Shown piece by piece: positions 12,640 through 24,660 of a stretch of DNA of 64,000 bases (position 1 is its first letter; each line of letters opens with the position of its first letter). Under the pieces are notes generated by a model. That model searched no databases. It had not been told where the DNA came from and saw only the letters and a list, made by a program, of their open reading frames with translations. The stretch comes from Octopus sinensis (lineage: Eukaryota). The position numbers and the translations under genes were made by a program. The stretch lies in the NCBI RefSeq assembly GCF_006345805.1, contig NC_043002.1:96658001-96722000 (forward strand), written 5' to 3'.

Positions 12640-13200
12640 CTATTCGAGTGCTTTAGAAATAAAATTAAGTGGTTATTTGATTTAGGGATATGGAAATCAG
12701 TACTTCATTTTACTTAACATAAAATTACTTCGGCGCCTATATTTTACTCCTCGTTCATCATGTGTGTGTACTCTCTTTTTTTAGATTTTAATTCCCATAT
12801 ATAGTTACTTAGTCCTGTAGACTTACTTAAATTGGGACTTTTAAAGGTCTGGTAGTGTTGGGATATTCTTTTTAAATTTTTTAAAACATTTCATTAGCTG
12901 TTGATCCAATATACGCCTTGCAATCGCAACAGTTGTTTCTACGCAACGTAGTTCAACAGACTTGCAGGTTAGGCAAATGTTTTCTTGCGTTATGGGATCT
13001 AGTTGTGTTTCCTCGGGCGATATGTAAATATTGTCTTCGTAAATTCAAATCGTCAGCTTCAAGAGCATCCTGTCCGTCGTGCCCTGGAGTTGGTAGTAGC
13101 CACTAAGTGTAAGAAGAGCTGTGTTGCGGCCGAACGTCCATTGGCACACTACTTTCAATATGTGGATGTAGTGAGATGATGATTTTGCTACTATTAAAGT
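12640..13200 (-). mobile_element. Penelope-like element, GIY-YIG remnant
   Basis: Minus frame KAYIGSTANECFKKFKRISQHYQTFKSPNLSKSTGLSNYIWELKSK. Confidence 0.65.
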
Positions 13201-14659
13201 CATTGTCGTTTTAAAACAATGGCATCTGATTTTTGTGTAATATTTATTTGTTTTGCATGGTTGGTTAAACTTGCTGACCGTTTAGAACATGCACATACAT
13301 ATACACAGTAAGCACATAAATGCGAAATATAGTGGGAAAAATAGTACTCGAAAAACAAAGGTAGAGTAATATGTTTTATTAAAAAGCATCAAAAATGACA
13401 AAAACTGTTACTCAGTTTTACCTTTCCGTTCGTCGACACTTTTGTTTAGAATGGAACAAAAATAGGTTTATGTGCATAAATATACAATTAGTTTGATAGA
13501 TACACATTTGAAAATGATTTTGTTTCATTAGGCCTTTCAACTAAAGGTCATTTCATTAACCGGTTGCATGGAATAAAAAATTGCTGTTTAAAATCCTATT
13601 ATTATAAAAATCGAATAAAACCTGAAATCAAAAATAGCTTATAAAAAGGATATTACTGAAATAATAAATTAGAAAACATATCCATTTAAAAACATTTTCA
13701 CGCTAGAATACATATACATTTTGCAGTATATACACGTACCAAACAATGTATGATAGTAGCATTTTCATTACCATATTTTATATTTATTGCGATGAAAGGA
13801 ATATTGCTTTCTTAATGCATTTCCATTTGTTGTCATTTATATGTTATTCTGAGGACTCAATTATTCGACGCAGTGCATCTGAATTTCACTATCATATTTA
13901 ATTATTATAAATAATAATGTTGCTACTCGATTTAATTTCATTATTAAGACTATTTTCCCATCATAATCCCCATTATTGATATTCATACTACAATTATTAT
14001 TGCGGTGATTACTATTACTAAACATATCCCACACAGTAAGTATACTGGTTTCAAATACTTGCACAAGGTCAACCATTTCGGGACTGTGGGTCAGTCGATT
14101 ACATCGACCCACGTGCTCCACTGGTACTTACTTTAATGATCCCAAAATAGTGACTGGCAAAGTCAACAATTTACTATTCATTTTACCATTTACTTACGAT
14201 CACACAGTGATTTATTCCTACCGTCAATACCGCAAGCATACATTTTAATATCATGAGTTTTATTAATACGCACGCTATTAACAATTTAGGCATAACCTGC
14301 TCCATGTTCCGAGTGCCTACCGTATCCAGGAAGATTTATGAGTACATATATATATATATATAAGGATTAGATCGTTTTTTAAATAACGATCATATCGATT
14401 GGCTAGCATCGGAATAAAAATCTCAGAGATAATAATTATTATTAAAATTATAATTAAAGGCATCTAAATGATACCGTCATGCCAGTGATAGTAATCATAA
14501 CTTGACTCTAAAACCATATCAAATATTCATACAGTACCAGGAGAGTCAGGTTTTCACTACTATCTCTAGTGTGATCGTACCTCTTAGATACCCTTAATTA
14601 TAATTATATATATATATATATAAAGAGAGAGAGAGAGAGAGAGAAAGACAGAAAGAGAG

Positions 14660-14698
<39 letters not shown>

Positions 14699-14707
14699 GC
14701 GAGGTAA

Positions 14708-14839
<132 letters not shown>

Positions 14840-15131
14840 GAGCGAGAGAAAGAGATACAAATGCACACAGACCTATATTCATGCACAGAAACAGAAAATA
14901 CAATTAGTTTAGATTTAGACCTCATATTTTGTTCTTTACCAATAAAATCAAATCAAAACTCTGCCAGGTAAATTTATAGTAGGCTCTTTCCGATTTTATG
15001 TACTGTAAGAAAACATTGACGAACAAATTCAATTTTTTAAATCATATCTGAGTTATATTGCAAAACAGTCGTTTAAATATTTCATACAAATTCCATTTAA
15101 AAAATCAGATACTTTTCTGAAGTTCACTTAC

Positions 15132-15201
15132 GTACGCCAGAAGGACAAGGCTGTGAAGAATTTTAAAAGAATGATGAAGGCGAAAGCGATGAGTATTTAT
15201 A
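15132..15201 (-). promoter_or_regulatory. Pol II core promoter and 41-nt non-coding exon 1 of gene A
   Basis: Minus strand: TATAAATA (15201-15194), Inr-like TCATTC with the A at 15172 (TATA at -29), ATG-free exon ending GGCGTAC|GTAAGT (donor 15131). Spacing is identical in the paralogous copy at 30835-30904. Assignment to gene A is inferred from position and strand. Confidence 0.65.
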
Positions 15202-15434
15202 ACTGAATGTAACACCTCCAATACTAATAAACAGCGAGTGACAATATATCTCAGTCCCAAACCTGAATCGGATATTAATGACAGTTTACAAAATACTTGC
15301 TGAGAACTAAATATATTTAATGGTTCGTAGACAAGTGCAAACATCGGTTTCTTCTGCACCTGAAGTTAAGAAACGGAATAAATAACGTTTACCCCAATTG
15401 AAACAGCTCAATAGATAATATCCAAGAGAGTTCG

Positions 15435-15479
<45 letters not shown>

Positions 15480-15482
<3 letters not shown>

Positions 15483-15678
15483 GCACGGATTTTTGTCAGT
15501 GAACAGGTCGCGGATTTTAGCGACGAAAATATTTTGACAAATTAAACTTAAATGTTGAAGTGAATCGAACGCTTTTGTGTGTTTCTTAAATGGCTTATAA
15601 CACCTACCACGCTGCAATTGTTTTCGTTTCAGCACACGATCTCAGATCAAATTACTTGCTATGCGAGTACATCTCCGT

Positions 15679-15690
<12 letters not shown>
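15480..15690. mobile_element. MITE-like repeat; second, internally palindromic copy at 46990-47310
   Basis: Shared sequence CAGGTCGCGG...AGCGACGAAAATATTTTGACAAATTAAA. Absent from the paralogous block at ~31.1 kb. Confidence 0.6.
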
Positions 15691-15736
<46 letters not shown>

Positions 15737-15829
15737 ATGCACAAGCAACGTCAGGTTTTTTACGACACATGTTTCAAGAGCTTGAATTTTCTTGCTAATT
15801 CAGTTCTTTAAAACCTTATATTTCAAATA

Positions 15830-15950
15830 ACTAATGTCAGACTCAAGAGTGTCTCAGAAATTGGAAGGGCACGCTACAATCGTTGACTTAAAAACGCAAA
15901 ATAGTTATAAGGAAATAACTGCTTGCTGAAAGTTTCTCTTTATTTATTAT
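15830..15950 (+). mobile_element. Tc1/mariner (maT/DD37D-like) N-terminal remnant; homologue at ~31270-31380
   Basis: MSDSRVSQKLEGHATIVDLKTQNSYKEI resembles the start of maT-type transposases (recognition from memory). Confidence 0.4.
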
Positions 15951-16699
15951 GTCCCCGAAATAATCGATAAAACATTCAGAAAACATCAGAAATCACAATA
16001 TTCAGTCCATTTGTATCAACATCACATTTCTTCAGTTTTCCAAATTTGCGATCGTTTTACAATTCTCTTTTACTTCTGCCAAAAATCGACACTACACTCT
16101 TTCCCACCAACGTAGTTAATTTCGTTTTCTTTCCATCAATGTTCTCTTCTCATTGATCATCAATACTGTTCTTTCGTGGATCACATCCGGGCCCGTCTCG
16201 CTCCATAATAGAAGAAAAGCAAGGCGTAGTATCAACCTCATTGGTTCCAGTCCCGTTCACACAGTTATCGTTTGCTTTTTTGCTTGGCAATTTCATTCAT
16301 AGATGAGGTGTATTTTAGCTTACCACCGACGGGTAATTCTATCAAGATATTATCTCCAGCAAGGTTACCTACCAAGTTATATCAGGTATTACTGAGCATA
16401 TGAAAAACAAAAAGGACATAATTGTTCACGAGAGTACGCTGCTGTGAGTGGTGCAGAGATCATTTAAAAGATGAAGGGTTATGGTGAATTAAAAACAGAA
16501 GTGGCAGAATGTATGTTTGACTTCAAGAAAGCTAACCAATGGAGACTAAACTGGTCATTTTCCTCTCACTGCATCTCTTCCCCCCCCCCACACTCTTTCT
16601 TTCTCTCTATGTCTCTTTCTTTCCCATCTTTGATATATTTCAACACAGTAGCACATGGACTTCGACCAAACCTAAAAATTCACCTCTCCCTTTTTAGTA

Positions 16700-18130
16700 G
16701 GCTGAACGTTTCATCTCCAAATTTTCTTTGAAGTATGGTTGTCAGGCTCATTTGGCTTTGTATAGGTCATCAGCGAGAGAGAGCTTCCTGAGAAGCTCAC
16801 CTCCGACGCGAAGGATATTAGTTTCTTCACTTACCACACTAATTTCATGTATTTAGTTTTGCTACTGCTATTTAACAAGTGCTGTCTGAGAGAAACTATG
16901 CCACATTCAAAGGTTGTCTGCACTAATCTCAAGCCCTTACCTTCTTTATGTCTTCTTAAATAGAGACTGAAGGTATCACTGCTTTTGTGAAGTTTGCCAG
17001 TCTATGTTTTTGTCTATAGAGTGGCTTTCTTCTACAGATCAGTTAAGTACCCCAACGTTGAAATCGACACTACTACTATTGGCATCGTTATGGTTACTGG
17101 GTCTGGGTACCACAACAGCCTCACACATATATATATATACTCCCTCAGCTTTGCATTGCTACCCACCACTAGACACTCATTGTACTCCCCGCATGAGCAA
17201 CCGGCCTACCCTCGCGTTTATTAATTTACTTTCATCTTCGGTGCGCAACTAGGAGCAGCACCAACGAAGTGACCTTATGGTTTTATACCAACCAGAAATG
17301 TCATAGTGTCTCTCTCAGATATCACTTGTTCAACAACAGCGCCGAAAATAAATACATGAAGTTAGTGTTGGAAAGTGAAAAAAACAATATCTTACGTTTC
17401 GGAAATGACCTATTCATAAAGTATTCTCTTCCTGATGACCTCCCATTCAAACGTAACTGAGACGAACTATCGTATCTCAAAGGAGACATCAATGTGAGAA
17501 ACTTCCAGCATACCATAACAATGCCACAGATGGGTATATTTGTCAAAGACATAAAGAAGTTAGTAACATTGACATAAAAAAATAGTTCCATCAATCGAGG
17601 CTTGCCTTCGACTCGTGGCCGCTACATCACATTACACTTGGAAGTCTATACATTTGTACACATGAGCAAGAGATTGCTAGTAAATATCTAATCAACAAAA
17701 GATATACATTGAAGCTCTTGGAGTTCGAAGATGTAAGAGACAATTGTAGACTATGTTATATTTCTGCGGAAGGCATTACACATGGGATTAGCAGCTGCCG
17801 AAAAATGTCATTTAAATAGTACCTCTCTGTTGGATATGATCCTGTCGCAAAAAAACAATATATGATACTATAGGGAAAAAAAAAGTCTCTCCTGGAATAT
17901 AGAGAATTCCTCTGCTATTGAATACGTACGCAGATATCAGCACAAGGACTATTTGTCGAACGATCCCATTGAATCATCTGTCGAGTGCATGCATAACAGG
18001 CCACCATAGAGATTATGTCTACCGTCATAAAGATTGGCTGTCCTGCTGTTGTGAATAACTCTTCGAAAATCAAAGAGACACAAGACAACTATGAACAATT
18101 GCTTTGAAACATCCAGCTACTCTGTTTACT
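16700..18130 (+). mobile_element. Decayed Penelope-like element (RT region)
   Basis: MKLVLESEKNNILRF... resembles the PLE FTMEIE.NN.LPFLD motif. Many stops and frameshifts. Confidence 0.55.
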
Positions 18131-18536
18131 CTCTCCTTTACTCTTTTACTTGTTTCAGTCATTTCACTGTGGCCATGCTGGAGCACCGCCTTTTAGTCGA
18201 GCAAATTGACCCCAGGACTTATTCTTTGTAAGCCTAGTACTTATTCTATCGGCCTCTTTCGCCGAACCGCTAAGTTACGGAGACGTAAACACAGCAGCAT
18301 CGGTTGTCAAGCGATGTTGGGGGGGGGGACAAAAACAGACACACAAACACTTACACACACCTATACACATATATACGACGGGCTTCTTTCAGTTTCTGTC
18401 TACCAAATCCACTCACAAGGCACTGGTCGGCCCGGGGCTATAGCAGAAGACACTTGCCCAAGATGCCACGCAGTGGGACTGAACCCGGAACCATGTGGCT
18501 GGTTAGCAAGCTACTTACCACACAGCCACTCCTGCG

Positions 18537-18540
<4 letters not shown>
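18130..18540 (-). mobile_element. tRNA-derived SINE, second family (AGGCGCAGGAGTGGCTGTGTGGTAAG head)
   Basis: Further copies at 18610-18730, 22095-22370, 49100-49170, 49380-49530, 50960-51055 and 59100-59635. Confidence 0.85.
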
Positions 18541-18584
<44 letters not shown>

Positions 18585-19084
18585 CTTACTCATAAGGTAT
18601 TAGAATCTTATATGTATACCATTCAGCTCGAGGCTATAGTAGAAGATACTTGCCCAAGGCGCCACGTACTGAGACTGAATCCGGAACCATGTGGTTGGTA
18701 AGCAAGCTACTTACCGCACAGCCACTCCTACTTCCATTTATAACTATAATAATTGGGACCCATGATTTCGTAAGGAAATTCCTAACTCTTAGTTCGATAA
18801 ACTTGAATTTACGAACAGGATTCGCACATTAGGTAGACAATCTGTAAGCGGAATCGTAAAGGTTATGCAAGACTTTTATCTGGTTTAGAATGTGACTTTC
18901 TTTTCGTTTCTCGATTCCAAAGATAAAGACTTATATTTTCGGCAGAACACAGCTCCATCTTTATCGGAATAATTTAAATGTTTAGAAACAGAACCATACG
19001 TACGTATATACACACGAACTTGTATGCATAGACACGCACACATACACCTGCACGCACGCACTCACACACACACACCACACATAT

Positions 19085-19115
<31 letters not shown>

Positions 19116-19160
19116 ATACATATATATACATACATATTATATTATATATATATTTTATTT

Positions 19161-20161
19161 ATAGAAGGAGCTTCTACAGGACTAGAACTGTTTCATTCAG
19201 AGAAATCTTCAGGAAGCTAGTTAACAAGAATTGTATTGGCATTTATACATTTAGGCAGGTTTAAAGGGGTGTTGGTGGGGGACTTTTTGGGGGTAGGCAT
19301 AGCGCAAAAAATCATACTTGGGGGAGTGGTCAAGGAGTCAGTGTATACACGTGTATTTATATTTATTGGTGTATATGTATAGACTAGCCTTCTAAGAGTG
19401 TAGACATGAATCTGTAGGTACGCGTACGTATGTGTATATACGTGAATGTATGTAGATGTATGTATGTATGAATATAACGCGTGCGTGCGCGTATGCGTAT
19501 GAGTGTACGAATGAGTGAGTGTACGTGCTAAAGAGTGTGCGTGAGTGAATGAGTAATTGTCTTCCAGTAGACGGATAAATGGTCTGGCTGTCATAGCCAA
19601 GATGTTTGTGACCAAGCGGCCAAAGATAACAAAAGTAATAAACGAAGATAATAAAATTAAAATTAGGGAATGGGTCTGTATTTGTATATGTATATATATA
19701 TATATGTGTGTATGTGTAGGTATGCATGGGTACACATATGTATATATATGTGTATATATATATATATGTGTATGTATGTATATGTGTATATGTATGTGTA
19801 TGTATGTATATATATGTGTATGTATGTGTATGTGTGGGTGTATATATATGTGTGTATGTGTATATATGTGTATATAGGGACTAGTGTGATGTGTGTGTAT
19901 GGATTTGTGTGTGTATGCGTGTATGTGAGTATATGTGTGGTGTATGTGTATTATATATATTTTTTCCTGTGTGTATATATGTGTGGTCGTGTGTGTATAT
20001 ATACATGTGTGTTATCCGTGTATGCAAGTGAGTGTGTGTATGTATACATATATATGTGTATGTGTAGATATGTATATGTATGTGTGAGTGTATATATGTG
20101 TGTATGTGTAGAGGTATAAGTGAGAATTCCTTATTTACCTAAACTCTATTCCCCCCCTTTA

Positions 20162-20208
<47 letters not shown>

Positions 20209-20534
20209 ATTATTTTATTTTTTTTTTTTTTTATTTTTATTTTTTATTTTTTTTATTATTTTTTATTTTCTATTTTTATTTTTTATTTTTTATTTTTTAT
20301 TTTTTATTTTTTATTTTTTATTTTTTTATTTATTCTCCTATCTAATTTAACACTGACTCCTTGACCACTCCCCCAAGTATGATTTTTTGCGCTATGCCTA
20401 CCCCCAAAAAGTCCCCCACCAACACCCCTTTAAACCTGCCTAAATGTATAAATGCCAATACAATTCTTGTTAACTAGCTTCCTGAAGATTTCTCTTGAAT
20501 GAAACAGTTTAGTCCTGTAGAAGCTCCTTCTATA
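19161..20534. repeat. Near-perfect ~184-bp inverted repeat (19161-19344 / 20350-20534) around ~1 kb of mostly microsatellite spacer
   Basis: The arms are reverse complements with very few differences. Confidence 0.9.
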
Positions 20535-20608
20535 TAATAAATTAATTTTACTCTGCTATGTATTGAGTACCTTATTTACTGTGGTTAACCCCGAATCAAC
20601 CCGGGACC

Positions 20609-20691
<83 letters not shown>

Positions 20692-20714
20692 ATACATATA
20701 TATGTATATATATA

Positions 20715-22085
20715 TGTGTATTATATATATAGATATAAACTTAGATATGTTTTGACCAATGATTGGTCCAGGCCATGTCTAACTTAATAGCACCACCTGA
20801 TAGGATTATTTGAATCTTCTTTAAGTAAAGTTTTGTTTATGGTCTATTCAAGTAGTGAGATTTTGTTGGGTGAGTTGTATCCAATTATGGGTGGCTTATC
20901 TGGTGTTCCTTGGAGGAATCTATCCAGATTCCGTTTAAAGTTGATGGGATCCTTTTTCTCTTTGATCTCTTTCGGGACAATGTTAAATAGGGCAGGGCCT
21001 GTTGAGGAAAAAAATTATATAGCAGTGATCTTGAATTGGGCAGGGGACGTATTACCCTGGTCCCAGTCTTGGATGAAGCTTGAAGCTAATGTTCAGGTAA
21101 TTTGGGCAAAGTTGGCGGTATATTCTCCACATCGTACAAATGATGTACCGCTCACGGCGACGCTGGAGAGAGTAGAGTTTCAAGGCTTTAAGGCGATCCC
21201 AATAATCGAGAGCAGCCATGCCTTCAATTCGTTTAGTGAGTGCTCTCAGGAGTGATTCAATCCTCGAGATGTTTTGTCTTGTATAGGGAGACCACAGTGG
21301 GCAGCAGCATTCGAGGTGTGGCCGTACAAAGGAGGAGAAAAGTGGTATGATGACACCTTGTTCTCTGGACCGGAAAGTTCTTAAGATCCGGGAACTCATC
21401 CTACGAGCTATATCGACCTTCTTGTTGATGCGTGCACTCCAACTGAGATCGTCATGAACAATTACACCCAGGTCTCTGATATTTTTAGAGGCTGTGAGCG
21501 GTTCCCCTGAAGGAAGAGAGTATGGCTGTTTTAGTGAGGAATTTCTTCCAAAATGCATCAGCTCAAATTTTCCCTCGTTCAGTTGCATTTTGTTTCTGTC
21601 TGCCCATTGACTCACAGCATATAGATCAGACTGGAGTTGAGTTCAGTCTGCTTCTTCATTGACGATTTACTGGAGCTTAGTGTCATCAGCAAATATTTTC
21701 ACTTTGCAATAATGTACGACACTGGAAAGGTCGTTTATGTAAACTATGAAGAGTAGCGGACACAAGACAGTCCCCTGGGGGACACCGCTAGTGACTTTTG
21801 CTGGGCTTGAGTGGACTTCATCAACTACATCAACTACGACATGTTGTGTTCTATCTGTCAGGAAATACTTAATCCAGTGTAGAACTTTTCCACGGATTCC
21901 AACATTTGCCAATTTTGAGAGTATGATATTATGGTCTATCCTGTCGAACGCAATACTGAAGACAAGATATATGACATCAGAGTTAGAACCTGTTCCCAAG
22001 GCTTTGAGTACATCTTCAATGTGGTGTAAAAGCTGTGTTAGACAGTCCCTACCACAGCGAAAGCCATGCTGATTTGCATTTAGGA
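20715..22085 (-). mobile_element. CR1/L2-type LINE, 5'-truncated
   Basis: ORFs 21667..22161 (QHGFRCGRDCLTQLL, SGVPQGTVLCPLLFIVYIND, FADDTKL) and 21052..21615. Confidence 0.9.
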
Positions 22086-22394
22086 GTTTGTGGGTCTCCA
22101 GGAAGTAAGCACACCAGCATTGGTTGTCATGCGATGTTTGGGGACAAACACATACACACAAACACGCACATACATATATATGTATATATATATATACATT
22201 ATACGACGAGCTTCTTTCAGTTTCCGTCTACCAAATCCACTCACAAGGCTTTGGTCGGCCCGAGGCATAGTAGAAGACACTTACCCAAGGTACCACGCAG
22301 TGGGAGTGAACCCGGAACCATGCGGTTCGTAAGCAAGCTACTTACCACACAGCCACTCCTATGCCTATATATACACATATATAGTTTTAGATCT

Positions 22395-23190
22395 CTGAAT
22401 GAGATCTAAGTAGTAACGACACTGCACATAGTAAAAATCTATAACCTGAGTTAGTCCTGTGTAAGACCATGTTACTAACTTTTAACCCCAGGAAAATATT
22501 TTTCCAGTTGGTTATCGATACACTATCTGTGGTTGATATATAACTGTAAGCAACGGATCTTACTACTCTCTTCTAGACACTAGCAGGTCCAACAAACCAA
22601 TGGTTTCTGAGTAATTACCCGTCGTCGGTGATGGACAACTACGGCTAGTGATAGTAGCTCACTCAACCCTACTCACAATATATGTTTATAGAAGCGATGG
22701 ACAGTCTTTGATCTTTGAATATGATCTAAGTAGTAACGGTACGGTATAGTAAAATCTGTTTGCCAACGTGAGGTGGCAGTCCTGCATAGGACTTTATTAC
22801 TATTTTCTATCCCCTGGAAAACAACTGTTTATCAACGCTGAACAACTGCGGCTAGCGGTAGCAGCTTACACGCCCCCTTCTCACAGTATGTATTTATAAA
22901 AGCGAAGGACAGTCGCTGATCTCGTAATAAGTAAAGCAGCTAGTTTTAAATCTGAACATCTAAGTAGTAATGATACTATATAGTAACATCTATTTGACAG
23001 CTTGAGGCGGAGGTACTGTGTAGTACCAAGTTATTGCATTTTAACACCAGCGAAATATCTTTTCTAACTGGTTATCAACACACGATCTGTGTCTGAAATT
23101 TGCCGAACCAACAGACCAATGTTTTCTTAGCTATTACGTGTCGTCGATGCTGCACAACTCCCGGCTAGCGATAGCAACTTACGGACTCTA
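22395..23190. repeat. Three degenerate ~250-330-bp tandem units
   Basis: ATCTAAGTAGTAA anchor at ~22404, ~22724 and ~22958. Each unit carries a 6-bp-stem hairpin and a GGCTAG.GATAG motif. Confidence 0.75.
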
Positions 23191-23699
23191 CTCATTGCTC
23201 CGTTGGTGGTGTTAGTGGCTAGGAGAGAGCAGTAAGAGCCCCTCCACACAGTATATTTCAGTTAATCATCGGTGACCTCCCAGGACAGTTAAAACTTTTT
23301 AGATATTATATAATTAAAATGTCTTATCTCATGGTATGATATGAACATTTGACGTAGTTTTTAAAGTCAGGGATTTGACTGCTATTTCGGCATGGTGGTG
23401 TCTCTCAGACACCCTTATTTTAATAATATATATATTATTGTTATTCTACCAAATATATACCTTTTACTTATTATTTTGCACATTACTTAATCATTGTTAT
23501 ATGTTTTATCTTATATTTAATCTTTCTATAATATGTAAGTTTTTTAAATGATATAATTTAATATTTCAATATTGAATTGATAAAAGGTAGTTTTTTTGTA
23601 ATTTATATATATATATTTTATATTTTGTGAAATTTGATTTAGTATTTCTAAATTGAACTTTTCCCTGTAAGTTTGGAATAATATTCCCTCATATTATAT

Positions 23700-24102
23700 A
23701 TATATGTAAAAGGAAATAGATACAATGACAATGGGAGATTCGTGGATTACGCTGGCATGTCTTTAATTAAGTAGGTAACAAAGAAGTAAGAAGTAGAGAT
23801 GAGGGTGGCATTTACGATCGTTTCGATTTACTGGAGTAAGTAAATCTCTTCAGAATGCACGTATAGATAGATGCATCGTTTCGGATGCCAAAATGATTGA
23901 ACATATGTGATGGTAATGTAGACAAAGTAGGAACTCATACATTGAAATTTTGTCCTTGCACTGGTAAATTCGCTGGGTAGGGGTTTGCTTGTGGTAGATT
24001 GGTTAGTTTCGTTGGGTTTTAAGAGCGGGGTGAGTATTATTAGGTACGAATTACCTCGTTTAATTAAGCACTTTTTTCTCACGTGTTCATCTCGTATTAG
24101 AG

Positions 24103-24142
<40 letters not shown>

Positions 24143-24158
24143 TATATATATATTATAT

Positions 24159-24191
<33 letters not shown>

Positions 24192-24600
24192 GTAAAAGGA
24201 AATAGATACAATGACAATGGGAGATTCGTGGATTACGCTGGCATGTCTTTAATTAAGTAGGTAACAAAGAAGTAAGAAGTAGAGATGAGGGTGGCATTTA
24301 CGATCGTTTCGATTTACTGGAGTAAGTAAATCTCTTCAGAATGCACGTATAGATAGATGCATCGTTTAGGATGCCAAAATGATTGAACATATGTGATGGT
24401 AATGTAGACAAAGTAGGAACTCATACATTGAAATTTTGTCCTTGCACTGGTAAATTCGCTGGGTAGGGGTTTGCTTGTGGTAGATTGGTTAGTATCGTTG
24501 GGTAATAAGGACGGGGTGAGTATTATTTAGGTACGAATTACCTCGTTTAATTAAGCACTTTTTTCTCACGTGTTCATCTCGTATTAGAGGGTCTCTCTCA

Positions 24601-24637
<37 letters not shown>

Positions 24638-24640
24638 CAT
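23700..24640. repeat. Near-identical ~490-bp tandem duplication of a Penelope-like tail
   Basis: 23700-24110 is repeated at 24190-24600, separated by (CT)n(TA)n. Confidence 0.85.
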
Positions 24641-24660
24641 ATATATATATATATATATAT

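Noticed and set aside
12918-13106. ORF with CKYC...CPSC resembling a zinc finger
   Set aside because: It lies antisense to a Penelope GIY-YIG remnant and has no RING-type His/Cys spacing or splice support.
16100-16390. Minus-strand frames GNLAGDNILIELPVG and NCVNGTGTNEVDTTPC...GPGC as a possible gene B body
   Set aside because: Joining them needs a ~50-nt intron with a purine-rich acceptor, there is an in-frame stop, and there is no similarity to genes A or C.
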